A DNA stretch of 27,830 nt from a virus (taxonomy: Duplodnaviria; Caudoviricetes), in the IMG/VR virus record IMGVR_UViG_3300039191_000291, positions 1-27,830 of that record; one strand, 5' to 3'. This document shows, one piece after another, positions 14,736-23,740 of the stretch (its first letter is position 1; each line of letters begins with the position of its first letter). The translations under genes were made by a program, and so were the position numbers. The notes under the pieces are model-generated. The model saw only the letters and a program-made list of their open reading frames with translations, did no database searches and was not told the origin of the DNA.

Positions 14736-16117
14736 TGGCGCAACCCGTCATCACCTTCCTGCCCTACCAGAAGGCGTGGATATCGGATGCCGCGCGCTTC
14801 AAGATCGGCATGTTCACCCGGCGCGGCGGCAAGACCTTCGGCTCCTGCGGCGAGATCGTGGACGACTGCATCCAGGCGGAGATGCAGCGGCGCAAGGTGC
14901 GCTGGACCATCCTGTCGCGCTCGGAGGCCACCGCGAAAGAGGCCCTTGAAGACGCGTTGAAGCCCATCACAAGGGGGTATTACGCGGTCTATAACGAGCT
15001 CGCCCGCCAGGGCGCGCCGGAGTTCGGCGAGGGCGAGTTCTACGCCCCGGAACTCGATGCGCGCTACAAGACGCACGAGGTGCGCTTTCCGGGCGGCAGT
15101 CGCGTGACCGCGCTCTCGGCCAGCCCCGACGCGGCCCGCGGCTTCGGCGGCAACCTGCTGCTCGACGAGTTCGCCTTTCACCAGGACAGCCGCCGCATCT
15201 GGGCCTCGGCCTTTCCCGTCGCCGCGCGCGGCGGGCACAAGATCAGGGTAATCTCGACGCCCAACGGCAAGGGCAACAAGTTCTACGAGCTGATGACGGC
15301 CGAGGACAACACCTGGTCGAAGCACACCGTCGATATCTACCAGGCCGTCGCCGAGGGGCTCGATGTCGATATCGACGAGCTGCGCGCGGGCATCGCCGAC
15401 GAGGATGCCTGGGCGCAGGAGTTCGAGCTCCACTGGATGGACGAGGCCACGAGCTGGCTCGACTACGAGCTGATCTCCGGCTGCGAGAGCGAGGCCGCGG
15501 GCGAGCCCGGCCACTACCAGGGCGGGCCGTGCTTCGTGGGGGTCGACATCGCCGCGCGCAACGACCTCTTCGTGATCTGGGTGCTCGAGCAGGTCGGCGA
15601 CGTGCTCTGGACCCGCGAGATCATCGCCCGCCGCCGCGCCACCTTCGCCGAGCAGGATCACCTGCTGGCGGATGTGTTCGCGCGCTACCGCGTGGTGCGC
15701 TGCGCGATGGACCAGACCGGCATGGGCGAAAAGCCCGTCGAGGACGCCAAGCGCACCCATGGCGAAAGCCGCGTCGACGGGGTCATGTTCACCTCGGCCG
15801 CGAAGCTCGACATGGCCACAGGGCTCAAGGACCGGATGCAGGATCGCAGGATCCGCATTCCCGCCGGCGATCCGCGACTGCGCGCGGACCTGCACGCGAT
15901 CAAGAGCCAGGTGGGCGCCACGGGCATCCGCCGCCTGGTGGCCGACGGCGAGACGGACGGGCACGCCGACCGCTTCTGGGCCGGCGCGCTGGCGGTGGCC
16001 TCGGCTCAGGTCGACTACCAGCCCTTCGACTATCGCCCCGTCACCCGCGGAGCGCGCGACGTCGACCGGCCGGTGCGCGCCACCGCGGGCTTCGGCGCAG
16101 GCCGGGGGGTCTGGTGA
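14735..16117 (+). CDS. Terminase large subunit (Mu gp28-like)
   Basis: FLPYQKAW, TRRGGKTF (Walker A), LLLDEFAFH (Walker B), ISTPNGKGN, GVDIA, DQTGMG, GHADRFWA. Confidence 0.93.
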   Translation: MAQPVITFLPYQKAWISDAARFKIGMFTRRGGKTFGSCGEIVDDCIQAEMQRRKVRWTILSRSEATAKEALEDALKPITRGYYAVYNELARQGAPEFGEGEFYAPELDARYKTHEVRFPGGSRVTALSASPDAARGFGGNLLLDEFAFHQDSRRIWASAFPVAARGGHKIRVISTPNGKGNKFYELMTAEDNTWSKHTVDIYQAVAEGLDVDIDELRAGIADEDAWAQEFELHWMDEATSWLDYELISGCESEAAGEPGHYQGGPCFVGVDIAARNDLFVIWVLEQVGDVLWTREIIARRRATFAEQDHLLADVFARYRVVRCAMDQTGMGEKPVEDAKRTHGESRVDGVMFTSAAKLDMATGLKDRMQDRRIRIPAGDPRLRADLHAIKSQVGATGIRRLVADGETDGHADRFWAGALAVASAQVDYQPFDYRPVTRGARDVDRPVRATAGFGAGRGVW

Positions 16118-16812
16118 TGGAGCGCTACGTGGAAAAGCGACAGATCGGCACCGCTACGCTCTATCGCGGCGACTGCGCACGGATCATGCCCTTCCTCGAA
16201 GGTGTCGAGGCGGTGGTGACCGACCCGCCCTACGGCATCGGCCAGGGTTACGGGCATCGCGGCGGCGGGTACTCCCGACGCAAGAACGGCAAGAAGGTGC
16301 CGCGCACGGCGCGCCGCTACGCCCGGGGCAGCTGGGACGTCGCCCCCCCCCCTATCGTCTTGCAGATGTGCGCGCAGCTCGCGCCCGAGTGGATCATATG
16401 GGGTGGGCAGTATTTCGCGCGGCACCTGCCCCAGGGCGGGCGCTGGCTTTACTGGGACAAGCGGCAGGGCATGCCGTCCTATTCCAAGGGCGAGCTCGCG
16501 ATTACCAGCCTGAAGGGCACGCGGCTGGACGCCTTCTCGCTGTGCTATCACGGGCGGCACTCGAACCGCGACGGCACCCGTCAGCACCCGACACAGAAGC
16601 CGGTCGACCTGATGCGCTGGTGCCTGGAACAGGTTCCGAAGGCGAACCTGATCTGCGACCCCTTCATGGGCGTCGGCTCGACCGGCGTGGCCTGCGCGCT
16701 GGAGGGGCGGCGCTTCATCGGCATCGAGCGCGACCGGGCGTATTTCGAGGCGGCCTGCGACCGGATTGCCGCGGCGCTGGACGCGCCGCCCGACCCGGCC
16801 GGCGATAGGTAG
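16117..16812 (+). CDS. Orphan DNA amino-methyltransferase (N6-A/N4-C, beta class)
   Basis: Motif IV VTDPPYG precedes HPTQKP and motif I DPFMGVGSTG; FIGIE. Confidence 0.92.
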   Translation: MERYVEKRQIGTATLYRGDCARIMPFLEGVEAVVTDPPYGIGQGYGHRGGGYSRRKNGKKVPRTARRYARGSWDVAPPPIVLQMCAQLAPEWIIWGGQYFARHLPQGGRWLYWDKRQGMPSYSKGELAITSLKGTRLDAFSLCYHGRHSNRDGTRQHPTQKPVDLMRWCLEQVPKANLICDPFMGVGSTGVACALEGRRFIGIERDRAYFEAACDRIAAALDAPPDPAGDR

Positions 16813-16820
16813 GAGAGACC

Positions 16821-18353
16821 ATGGCCCGAACCCCGACACTTCTCGACCCCCACGGCCGCCCGGTGCGCCGGGCCGAGCTGACCAAGATGCAGGCCGAGCC
16901 CGGCCTGACCGGCGTGCGCCAGGCGTTCGGCCCGAGCGTGGCGCCGGGGCTCACGCCCCAGCGGCTCGCCGCGATCCTGCGCGCCTGCGACGATGGCAAC
17001 ACCCACGACTACCTGGTGCTGGCCGAGGAAATGGAGGAGCGCGATCCGCACTACGCCTCGGTGCTGGGCGTGCGCAAGCGCGCGGTCTCCGGGGTGGAGC
17101 CCGTCGTCGAGCCCGCCTCCGAGGACCCGCGCGATCAGAAGATCGCCGATGACGTGCGCGAGACCATCGCGATGAGCGATGCCTTCCCCGACCTGATCGA
17201 GGACATGCTCGACGCGCTCGGCAAGGGGTTCTCCGCGATCGAGATCGACTGGAAGCGCGGTGCGCAGCGCTGGACCCCGCGCGCCTATATCCACCGCGAC
17301 CAGCGCTATTTCCGGTTCGACCGCGCCACCGGGCGCGAGCTGCGGCTGATCGACGAGCAGGACCCGGCCGAGGGCATCCCGCTCGAGCCCTTCAAGTGGA
17401 TCGAGCACCGCACCCGCCTGAAATCCGGCCTGCCCGCGCGCGGCGGCCTGGCGCGCCTCGTGGCCTTCGGCTGGATGTGCAAGGCGTACACCCTGAAGGA
17501 CTGGGTGGCCTTCATCGAGACCTACGGCCTGCCGCTGCGCCTCGGCCGCTACGGCGGCGAACACTCCGCCCAGGATATCGAGAAGCTGTTCTCGGCGGTG
17601 GCCAATATCGGCACCGATGCCGCGGCCGTGCTGCCCCGGGGCATGGAGATCGAGTTCCAGGAGACCGGCTCGGTCAACGGCGACCGGATATTCGAGAGCC
17701 TCGCGCGCTATGTCGACGAACAAACCTCGAAGGCGGTGCTGGGCCAGACCATGACGGCCGACAACGGCTCGTCGCGCGCCCAGGCGGAGGTGCACGACAA
17801 CGTGCGCCACGACATCGCCTCGGCCGATGCCCGCGCCGTGGCCGGCACGCTCAACCGCGACCTGGTCAAGCCCTATGTCGACCTGAACTACGGTGTGCCC
17901 AAGCGCTACCCGCGCATCACCATCCCGATCGCCGAGCCCGAAGACACCGACATGATCATCCGCAACGTCACGCGGCTGGCGGTGGCGGGCGTGCGGTTCA
18001 ACCAGTCCGAGGTGCGCCAGCGCCTGGGCTTCTCCGATCCCGAGCCCGGCGACGAGGTGGTGGGCGGCCCGCCCGAACCCAGGAAGCCCGGCTCCGGCAC
18101 CGCGATGAACCGCGAAGCGCCCGGGCCGGCGGACGTGCTCGACGAGCTCGAGGCGGAGATGTTGGAGGACTGGCAGGAGGTGATGGGCGAAACCCTCGAT
18201 CCGATCGAGGCGATCATCGAGGGCGCGGGCAGCTACGAGGAGGTCATGGGGCGGCTGGCCGGGCTCGACGGCCTGCCTTCGAGCCGGATCATCGACACCC
18301 TCGTGAAGGGCATGTTCAAGGCGCGCGCGCAGGGTGACGTGACCGATGAATGA
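16821..18353 (+). CDS. Portal protein (DUF935, Mu gp29-like)
   Basis: LAEEMEERDPH, DALGKGFS, ETYGLPLRLGRY, SKAVLGQTMT, AQAEVHDNVR. Confidence 0.93.
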   Translation: MARTPTLLDPHGRPVRRAELTKMQAEPGLTGVRQAFGPSVAPGLTPQRLAAILRACDDGNTHDYLVLAEEMEERDPHYASVLGVRKRAVSGVEPVVEPASEDPRDQKIADDVRETIAMSDAFPDLIEDMLDALGKGFSAIEIDWKRGAQRWTPRAYIHRDQRYFRFDRATGRELRLIDEQDPAEGIPLEPFKWIEHRTRLKSGLPARGGLARLVAFGWMCKAYTLKDWVAFIETYGLPLRLGRYGGEHSAQDIEKLFSAVANIGTDAAAVLPRGMEIEFQETGSVNGDRIFESLARYVDEQTSKAVLGQTMTADNGSSRAQAEVHDNVRHDIASADARAVAGTLNRDLVKPYVDLNYGVPKRYPRITIPIAEPEDTDMIIRNVTRLAVAGVRFNQSEVRQRLGFSDPEPGDEVVGGPPEPRKPGSGTAMNREAPGPADVLDELEAEMLEDWQEVMGETLDPIEAIIEGAGSYEEVMGRLAGLDGLPSSRIIDTLVKGMFKARAQGDVTDE

Positions 18354-19245
18354 CCGGCCGGGTTACAGCTTCAGGCCGGGGCCGCCCCCCGAGGCGTCCC
18401 GCTTTCTCGCCAACAAGGGCTGGCAGCCGGCCTTCTCCTGGCGCGATGTCGAGCCCGAGGAGCACGCGGTCTCCTTCACCGTGGCCAAGGCGATGCAGGT
18501 CGACGTGCTTTCCGATATCCGCGAGGAGGTGCAGCACGCCCTCGACGAGGGCGTGCCCTTCGAGGAGTTCCAGCGCAGCCTGCGCCCGCGCCTCGAGCGG
18601 CTCGGCTGGTGGGGGCGGCGCGAGATGGTCGACCCCGCCACCGGCCTGACCGAAACCGTCCAGCTGGGCTCGCCGCGCCGGCTGCGCACGATCTACCGCG
18701 CCAACCTGCGCGCCGCCCGCGCCGCCGGGCAGTGGGATCGCATCGAGCGCACCAAGCAGACGCGGCCCTACCTGGTCTATCGCCTCGGCCCCAGCGAGCG
18801 TCACCGCCCCGAGCACGCGGCCAAGGCCGGGCTGGTCCTGCCGGTGGACGACCCGTTCTGGGATCGCTGGATGCCGCCCAATGGCTGGGGCTGCAAATGC
18901 TGGGTCCGCCAGGTCAGCCGCGAGGAAGGCGAGCGCCTGGGCGTCAGTGAAAGCCCCGAGGTGCCGGTGCGCCGGGTGGTCAACCGCCGCACGGGCGAGG
19001 TGCGCGACGTGCCCCGCGGCATCGACCCGGGCTGGGAGCGCAACCCCGGCGCCCAGCGGGTGCGCGCGGCGATCGACTTCCTGGACGGCCGGCTGCGCAG
19101 CGCCCCTCCGGAGGTGGCGCAAGTAGCCGAGCGCGATCTGCGCAGCGGCTGGATGGCCGAGCGCGCGCGCCAGCATCCGGAGTGGCGCGAGGACCTGCCG
19201 TTTCTGGATGCCCTGAGGCGGATTTTCGGGGGCGGGGCGGAGTGA
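18346..19245 (+). CDS. Minor head morphogenesis protein (Mu gp30/F-like)
   Basis: SFTVAKAM, RRLRTIYRANL, RHRPEH, DDPFW..PPNGWGCKC. Confidence 0.92.
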   Translation: MNDRPGYSFRPGPPPEASRFLANKGWQPAFSWRDVEPEEHAVSFTVAKAMQVDVLSDIREEVQHALDEGVPFEEFQRSLRPRLERLGWWGRREMVDPATGLTETVQLGSPRRLRTIYRANLRAARAAGQWDRIERTKQTRPYLVYRLGPSERHRPEHAAKAGLVLPVDDPFWDRWMPPNGWGCKCWVRQVSREEGERLGVSESPEVPVRRVVNRRTGEVRDVPRGIDPGWERNPGAQRVRAAIDFLDGRLRSAPPEVAQVAERDLRSGWMAERARQHPEWREDLPFLDALRRIFGGGAE

Positions 19246-19404
19246 GACGGCGACCGGGGCGCACAGCACCGCCGCAGCGCGCCGTTAAATACCCATTTAA
19301 TACCCTTGCCGGGTTTTCCCGGACCATCTACCCTCTGGGAGGTAGCGGCGCTCCTCGGCGCGCTGAGCGGCTCTGACGCAACCGCCCCCGACGCGATCCC
19401 CCGC

Positions 19405-19452
19405 CCCTGAATTCCTTCAAGGCTGATACGCCCGCCCGCCTGCGCGAGTGTG
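19405..19452 (+). promoter_or_regulatory. Putative activator-dependent late promoter (head operon)
   Basis: ccctgaattccttcaaggctga, 18/22 identical to 11591-11612; agtgt follows 20-21 nt later in both copies. Confidence 0.65.
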
Positions 19453-19457
19453 GCCGC

Positions 19458-20426
19458 ATGGCAAGGACGCGGTACACACAAATCCAGGCGGTTGCGCTGA
19501 ACCTCGAGGGGGCTTCGGCCCCGGAGTGGATCCAGCTTACGCCCGCCGGCCCCGATATCCAGGGGCGCGACGGTCGGCGCTGGACGCTGCCCAGCCCCGA
19601 GGAGGTCGTCGCGGCCTTCCAGCGGCACGGGGCCGAACTGCCGGTCGACATCGAGCACGCCACCCAGATCAAGGGCGCGAAGGGCGAACCCGCCCCGGCC
19701 GTCGGCTGGATCTCGGAGCTGGAGGCGCGCGATGGCGCGCTCTGGGGGCGCGTGAGCTGGACCGACGAGGGCGCGGCGCTGCTGAGCTCGCGCGGGTATC
19801 GCTACATCAGCCCCGTCTTCGCCTTCACCAAGCCCGCGGGCGAGATCGTCAAGATGGTCTCGGCCGCACTCACCAACAGCCCGAACCTGCAGCTCGCCGC
19901 GCTCAACAGCGTGCGCGAAGAAGAGGAGACGACGATGGACAAGGCTGTCCTCGAGGCCCTGGGCCTCAACTCCGACGCGACGGCCGCCGATGCGGTGGTC
20001 GCGATCAACGCGCTCAAGGAGCGTGAGACGACCGCCCTGAACCGGGCGCAGTCGCCGGACCCCGAGAAGTTCGTGCCCAAGGGCGACTACGACCTGGCCA
20101 TGAACCGCGTCCGCGAGCTCGAGCAGGCGGAAGCCGAACGCACCGACGAGGCCATCAACGCCGCCGTCGACGCGGCGATCGAGGCGGGCAAGATCGCCCC
20201 CTCCAGCCGCGACTTCCACCTCGCGGCCTGCAAGGCCGAGGGTGGGCTGGAGCGGTTCGAGGCCATGATCGAGGCCGCGCCCGTGATCGCGCGCAACTCG
20301 GGCCTGGACGACAAGACGCCCGGCACGAAGGCCGGAACACTCACCCAGGAAGAGATCGCCATCTGCCGCCAGCTGGGGATCGACCAGAAAACCTTCGCCG
20401 AGGCGAAGGCAAGCGAGGAGCAGTAA
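19458..20426 (+). CDS. Prohead protease I (Mu gp32-like) with probable nested scaffold Z (ATG 19935)
   Basis: GRDGR, LPVDIEHA, APAVGWI, YRYISPVF, ALTNSPNL; internal GAGGAG RBS before ATG 19935. Confidence 0.92.
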   Translation: MARTRYTQIQAVALNLEGASAPEWIQLTPAGPDIQGRDGRRWTLPSPEEVVAAFQRHGAELPVDIEHATQIKGAKGEPAPAVGWISELEARDGALWGRVSWTDEGAALLSSRGYRYISPVFAFTKPAGEIVKMVSAALTNSPNLQLAALNSVREEEETTMDKAVLEALGLNSDATAADAVVAINALKERETTALNRAQSPDPEKFVPKGDYDLAMNRVRELEQAEAERTDEAINAAVDAAIEAGKIAPSSRDFHLAACKAEGGLERFEAMIEAAPVIARNSGLDDKTPGTKAGTLTQEEIAICRQLGIDQKTFAEAKASEEQ

Positions 20427-20429
20427 CCG

Positions 20430-21353
20430 ATGGCCATCATCACCGCATCGCTGCTTGAGGCCCTGCGCACGGGGTTCAAGAAGACCTTCGAGGATGCCTA
20501 TTCCTCGATGAAGGCGTCCACCTTCTACACCGACGTCGCGACGATCGTGCCGTCGACCACCGCCTCCGAGACCTACGGCTGGCTCGGGGACTTCCCGGAC
20601 CTGCGCGAATGGGTCGGCGATCGTGTCGTCAAGGACATGAAGGAGAGCGGCTACCAGATCCTCAACAAGGAGTGGGAAAGCACGGTCGGCGTGAAGCGCC
20701 CCCAGATCGAGGACGACAATCTCGGCATCTACACGCCGATGGTCCAGTCCATGGGGCATTCCGCGGCGCGCCACCCCGACATCCTGATCGCCGATCTGAT
20801 CAAGAACGGCAACGCCAACGAGTGCTACGACGGGCAGTACTTCTTCGACACCGACCACCCGGTCTACCCGAACCACGACGGCACGGGTGTCGCGGCGACG
20901 GTCGCGAACTACGACGACAACGCCGGCTCCGGCACGCCGTGGTACCTGTTCGACACCTCGCGCCCGCTCAAGCCGTTCATCTTCCAGGAGCGCAAGCGGC
21001 CCGAGTTCGAGGCCAAGACCGACCCGCGCACCTCGGATGCGGTCTTCACCTCGAACCAGTTCCAGTACGGCGTCTATGCCCGCCACAACGTGGGCTACGG
21101 CTTCTGGCAGTGCGCCTATGCCTCGCGCAAGACGCTGAACTCCGACAACCTCGACGCCGCGATCCAGGCGATGATGGAGTTCACCGCCGATGGCGGGCGC
21201 CCCCTGGGCATCATGCCGAACCTGCTGGTCGTGCCGCCCGCGCTGCGCTCGGCCGCGAACAAGACCGTCGAGGTGATGCTCGGAGACGGCGGGGCCTCGA
21301 ACCCCAACTACAAGGCCGTCGAGGTCAAGGTCATCCCCTGGCTGGCAGCGTGA
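20430..21353 (+). CDS. Major capsid protein (Mu gpT-like)
   Basis: YGWLGDFPDLREWVGDR, CYDGQYFFDTDHPV, LKPFIFQERK, GYGFWQCAY, LLVVPPAL. Confidence 0.95.
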   Translation: MAIITASLLEALRTGFKKTFEDAYSSMKASTFYTDVATIVPSTTASETYGWLGDFPDLREWVGDRVVKDMKESGYQILNKEWESTVGVKRPQIEDDNLGIYTPMVQSMGHSAARHPDILIADLIKNGNANECYDGQYFFDTDHPVYPNHDGTGVAATVANYDDNAGSGTPWYLFDTSRPLKPFIFQERKRPEFEAKTDPRTSDAVFTSNQFQYGVYARHNVGYGFWQCAYASRKTLNSDNLDAAIQAMMEFTADGGRPLGIMPNLLVVPPALRSAANKTVEVMLGDGGASNPNYKAVEVKVIPWLAA

Positions 21354-21364
21354 GGGGGTAGCCG

Positions 21365-21736
21365 ATGAGCATGTACCTGATCAGCTCCACCCGGCCGAGC
21401 GGCTTCTTTCGCTGCGGAACCTTCTTCCCGCGCGAGGGGCGCCGGGTGGCCGAGGACGCCTTCACCGAGGCGCAGTGGGAGCGGCTGCACGCCGAGCCCG
21501 CCCTGAAAATCGCGCCGGCCCCGGACGACACGCCGGGGGCGGACGCCGAGGCGCGCGCCGCCATCGAGGAGGCCATCACCGACCTCGAGGCATCCGCCTA
21601 CCAGCAGGACGGAAAGCCGAAGGTCGCCGCGCTGCGTGACGTCCTTCCGGACGATGTCCAGATCACCGCCGCGATCCGCGATGAGGTCTTCGAGGCCATG
21701 CAGGCCGAGGGCTTCGAGCCGCCGGAGGGGGCGTGA
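21365..21736 (+). CDS. HI1506-like head-associated protein (paralog 1)
   Basis: GFFRCG..F...FTEAQWERLHAEPALKI; follows the major capsid gene. Confidence 0.75.
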   Translation: MSMYLISSTRPSGFFRCGTFFPREGRRVAEDAFTEAQWERLHAEPALKIAPAPDDTPGADAEARAAIEEAITDLEASAYQQDGKPKVAALRDVLPDDVQITAAIRDEVFEAMQAEGFEPPEGA

Positions 21737-22158
21737 CCATGGCCGCGCGTGTATCGGCCCCCGGCATCGCGGGGCACATCTGGCGCTGCGGCGTCCGGCT
21801 CACCGACGCGGGCGCGGTGTTCGAGCGCGGCGCCTTCACCGCCCGCGAATGGGCGCGGCTGCGCGCCGACCCGGCCGTCAAGGTCGAGCCGCTGGACGAG
21901 GCGGTGCCCGAGGGTGCGGACGAAGCCGAGGAGATCACCCTTGTCGAGGACGAGGCGCCCGGCCCGGTCGACGAGCTGGTGCGGGTGATCCCGGGGCTCG
22001 AGCCCGGGGATTTCACCCAGGACGGCCAGCCGCGCATGCGGGCGCTGCGTGCGGCCCTGCCGGAGATGGACGATGCGCTCATCACCGACGCGGCCCGCGA
22101 TGAGGCGATGCGCCGGCTGGCGCAGAGCGGCTTCCGACCACCCGGCGAGACCGCCTGA
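21733..22158 (+). CDS. HI1506-like head-associated protein (paralog 2)
   Basis: IWRCG...FTAREWARLRADPAVKV...DFTQDGQPRMRAL; start GTG 21733 or ATG 21739. Confidence 0.72.
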   Translation: MTMAARVSAPGIAGHIWRCGVRLTDAGAVFERGAFTAREWARLRADPAVKVEPLDEAVPEGADEAEEITLVEDEAPGPVDELVRVIPGLEPGDFTQDGQPRMRALRAALPEMDDALITDAARDEAMRRLAQSGFRPPGETA

Positions 22159-22266
22159 CGGCCGCACGGCCGAGGGAATACCCGGGAGGGGGCGTCGCCG
22201 ACCCCCGCAGCGTGAGGCGGGTCCTGGGCAGGACCTTAAAAGGCCCGTTTTGAAGAGGTTTCACAC

Positions 22267-22707
22267 ATGGCCTATGCCACGCAGAGCGACATCACCGACC
22301 TCTACAGCGCCGACGCGCTCTACGTCGCCGATCGCGACGGCGACGGCACGGTCGAGACCGAGGCGGTGACCCGCGCGCTCGAGCAGGCCAGCGACGAGAT
22401 CGACAGCTACCTCGCCGTGCGCTACCACCTGCCGCTGCCCGAGGTGCCGGGCATCCTGCGCCAGATCGCCGTCGACTTCGCGCTCTACCGCCTGGCGCTC
22501 TCGCGCGACGTGCTCTCCGACGAGCACCGCCGGCGCTACGAGGACGGCCGCGATCATCTAAAGCGGATCGCCGAGGGCCGCGCCGCGCTGCACCTGCCCT
22601 CGCTCGAAGCCGACCCCGACGGCGATGGCGAAGGCGACGGCCCGACCCCGGTCGTGCGCCACGGCCCCGAGCGGCTGTTCTCGCGCGACAAGATGCGGGG
22701 GTTCTGA
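22267..22707 (+). CDS. Mu gp36-like head-tail adaptor (DUF1320)
   Basis: MAYATQSDI, ASDEIDSYLAVRYHLPL, RRYEDGRDHLKRIAEG. Confidence 0.92.
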   Translation: MAYATQSDITDLYSADALYVADRDGDGTVETEAVTRALEQASDEIDSYLAVRYHLPLPEVPGILRQIAVDFALYRLALSRDVLSDEHRRRYEDGRDHLKRIAEGRAALHLPSLEADPDGDGEGDGPTPVVRHGPERLFSRDKMRGF

Positions 22708-23186
22708 TGGCTGTCACTCTGACCACCGAAGGCATGGAGGCCGCGCTCGACGGGCTGCAGCGCCTGGCGGGCTTCGACGCCGCGCAGATCCTCGATGAGG
22801 TCGGCGCGATCGTCGAGGACAGCACCAAGGTGCGCATCGCCGACGAGAAGACCGCGCCGGACGGCACGCCCTGGGCGGACTGGTCGGCCGAGTACGCCGC
22901 CACCCGCCGCGCCCAGCACTCGCTGCTCGTGGCCTCGGGCAACCCCGGCCTGCTGGAAAGCATCCAGCGCTACGCCAGCCCGACCGAGGTCGAGGTCGGC
23001 AGCAACATGGTCTATGCCGCGGTGCACCAGTTCGGCGCCGCCCAGGGCGCCTTCGGCAACACCTCGCGCGGCAGCCCCATCCCATTCGGCGACATCCCGG
23101 CGCGCCCCTATCTGGGGCTGTCGGACGATGATCGCCAGGAGATCGAGACCTTCGTCGCCGACCGGCTGGGAGACCTGCTGCAATGA
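22707..23186 (+). CDS. Virion morphogenesis protein (Mu G / P2 S family)
   Basis: APDGTPWA, VGSNMVYAAVHQFG, IPARPYLGLS. Confidence 0.9.
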   Translation: MAVTLTTEGMEAALDGLQRLAGFDAAQILDEVGAIVEDSTKVRIADEKTAPDGTPWADWSAEYAATRRAQHSLLVASGNPGLLESIQRYASPTEVEVGSNMVYAAVHQFGAAQGAFGNTSRGSPIPFGDIPARPYLGLSDDDRQEIETFVADRLGDLLQ

Positions 23187-23740
23187 GCGAAGTGCGCGAC
23201 GATCTCCTTGCCACGCTGCCCGACGTCATCGCCACGCAGGTGGCCACGCGGATCCCCGATCTCGCCGAATGCCGCGGCATCGCGGGGCGGTTTTCCGTGG
23301 GCGAGCTGCGCAAGCAGTCCATCCGCCACCCGGCCGTTCTGGTCGCCCATCTCGGCGCGCGCCAGGAGCAGGACTGGACCGGGCCGCATCACGGCTTCCT
23401 GCTCGACATGGCGGCCTTCATCGTCACCAAGGACCGGCTCGGCCTGCCTCGCGACGCGGCGGCGGCCAATATCGGCCAGGTGCTGCTGAGCATGATCCCC
23501 GACAACGCCTGGGGCGAGAGTGCGCTCGGCCAGGCGCGCGCCGTGCGCCTGCAATCGCTGGTCACCCCCGAGACGCGCGACGCGGCGACGAGCCTCTGGG
23601 CCGTCACCTGGTCGCAGCCCGCCGTCGTGCAGGGCTACACGACACCCGAGCCGCTGGCGATCGAGCTCTATCTCGGCCAGGCCCCGGAGGTCGGCGCCGA
23701 GCATGAGGGCGACTACACCGAGATTGGAGGGGCGAGCTGA
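23183..23740 (+). CDS. Putative tail terminator/completion protein (Mu gp37-like)
   Basis: Position and size; GRFSVGEL..PAVLVA..SLWAVTW. Confidence 0.65.
   Translation: MSEVRDDLLATLPDVIATQVATRIPDLAECRGIAGRFSVGELRKQSIRHPAVLVAHLGARQEQDWTGPHHGFLLDMAAFIVTKDRLGLPRDAAAANIGQVLLSMIPDNAWGESALGQARAVRLQSLVTPETRDAATSLWAVTWSQPAVVQGYTTPEPLAIELYLGQAPEVGAEHEGDYTEIGGAS

Noticed and set aside
15529-16116. 427-aa version of the methyltransferase ORF or a terminase-MTase fusion
   Set aside because: The upstream part is an alternative frame of terL; MTase motifs start after ATG 16117 and I saw no slippery site.
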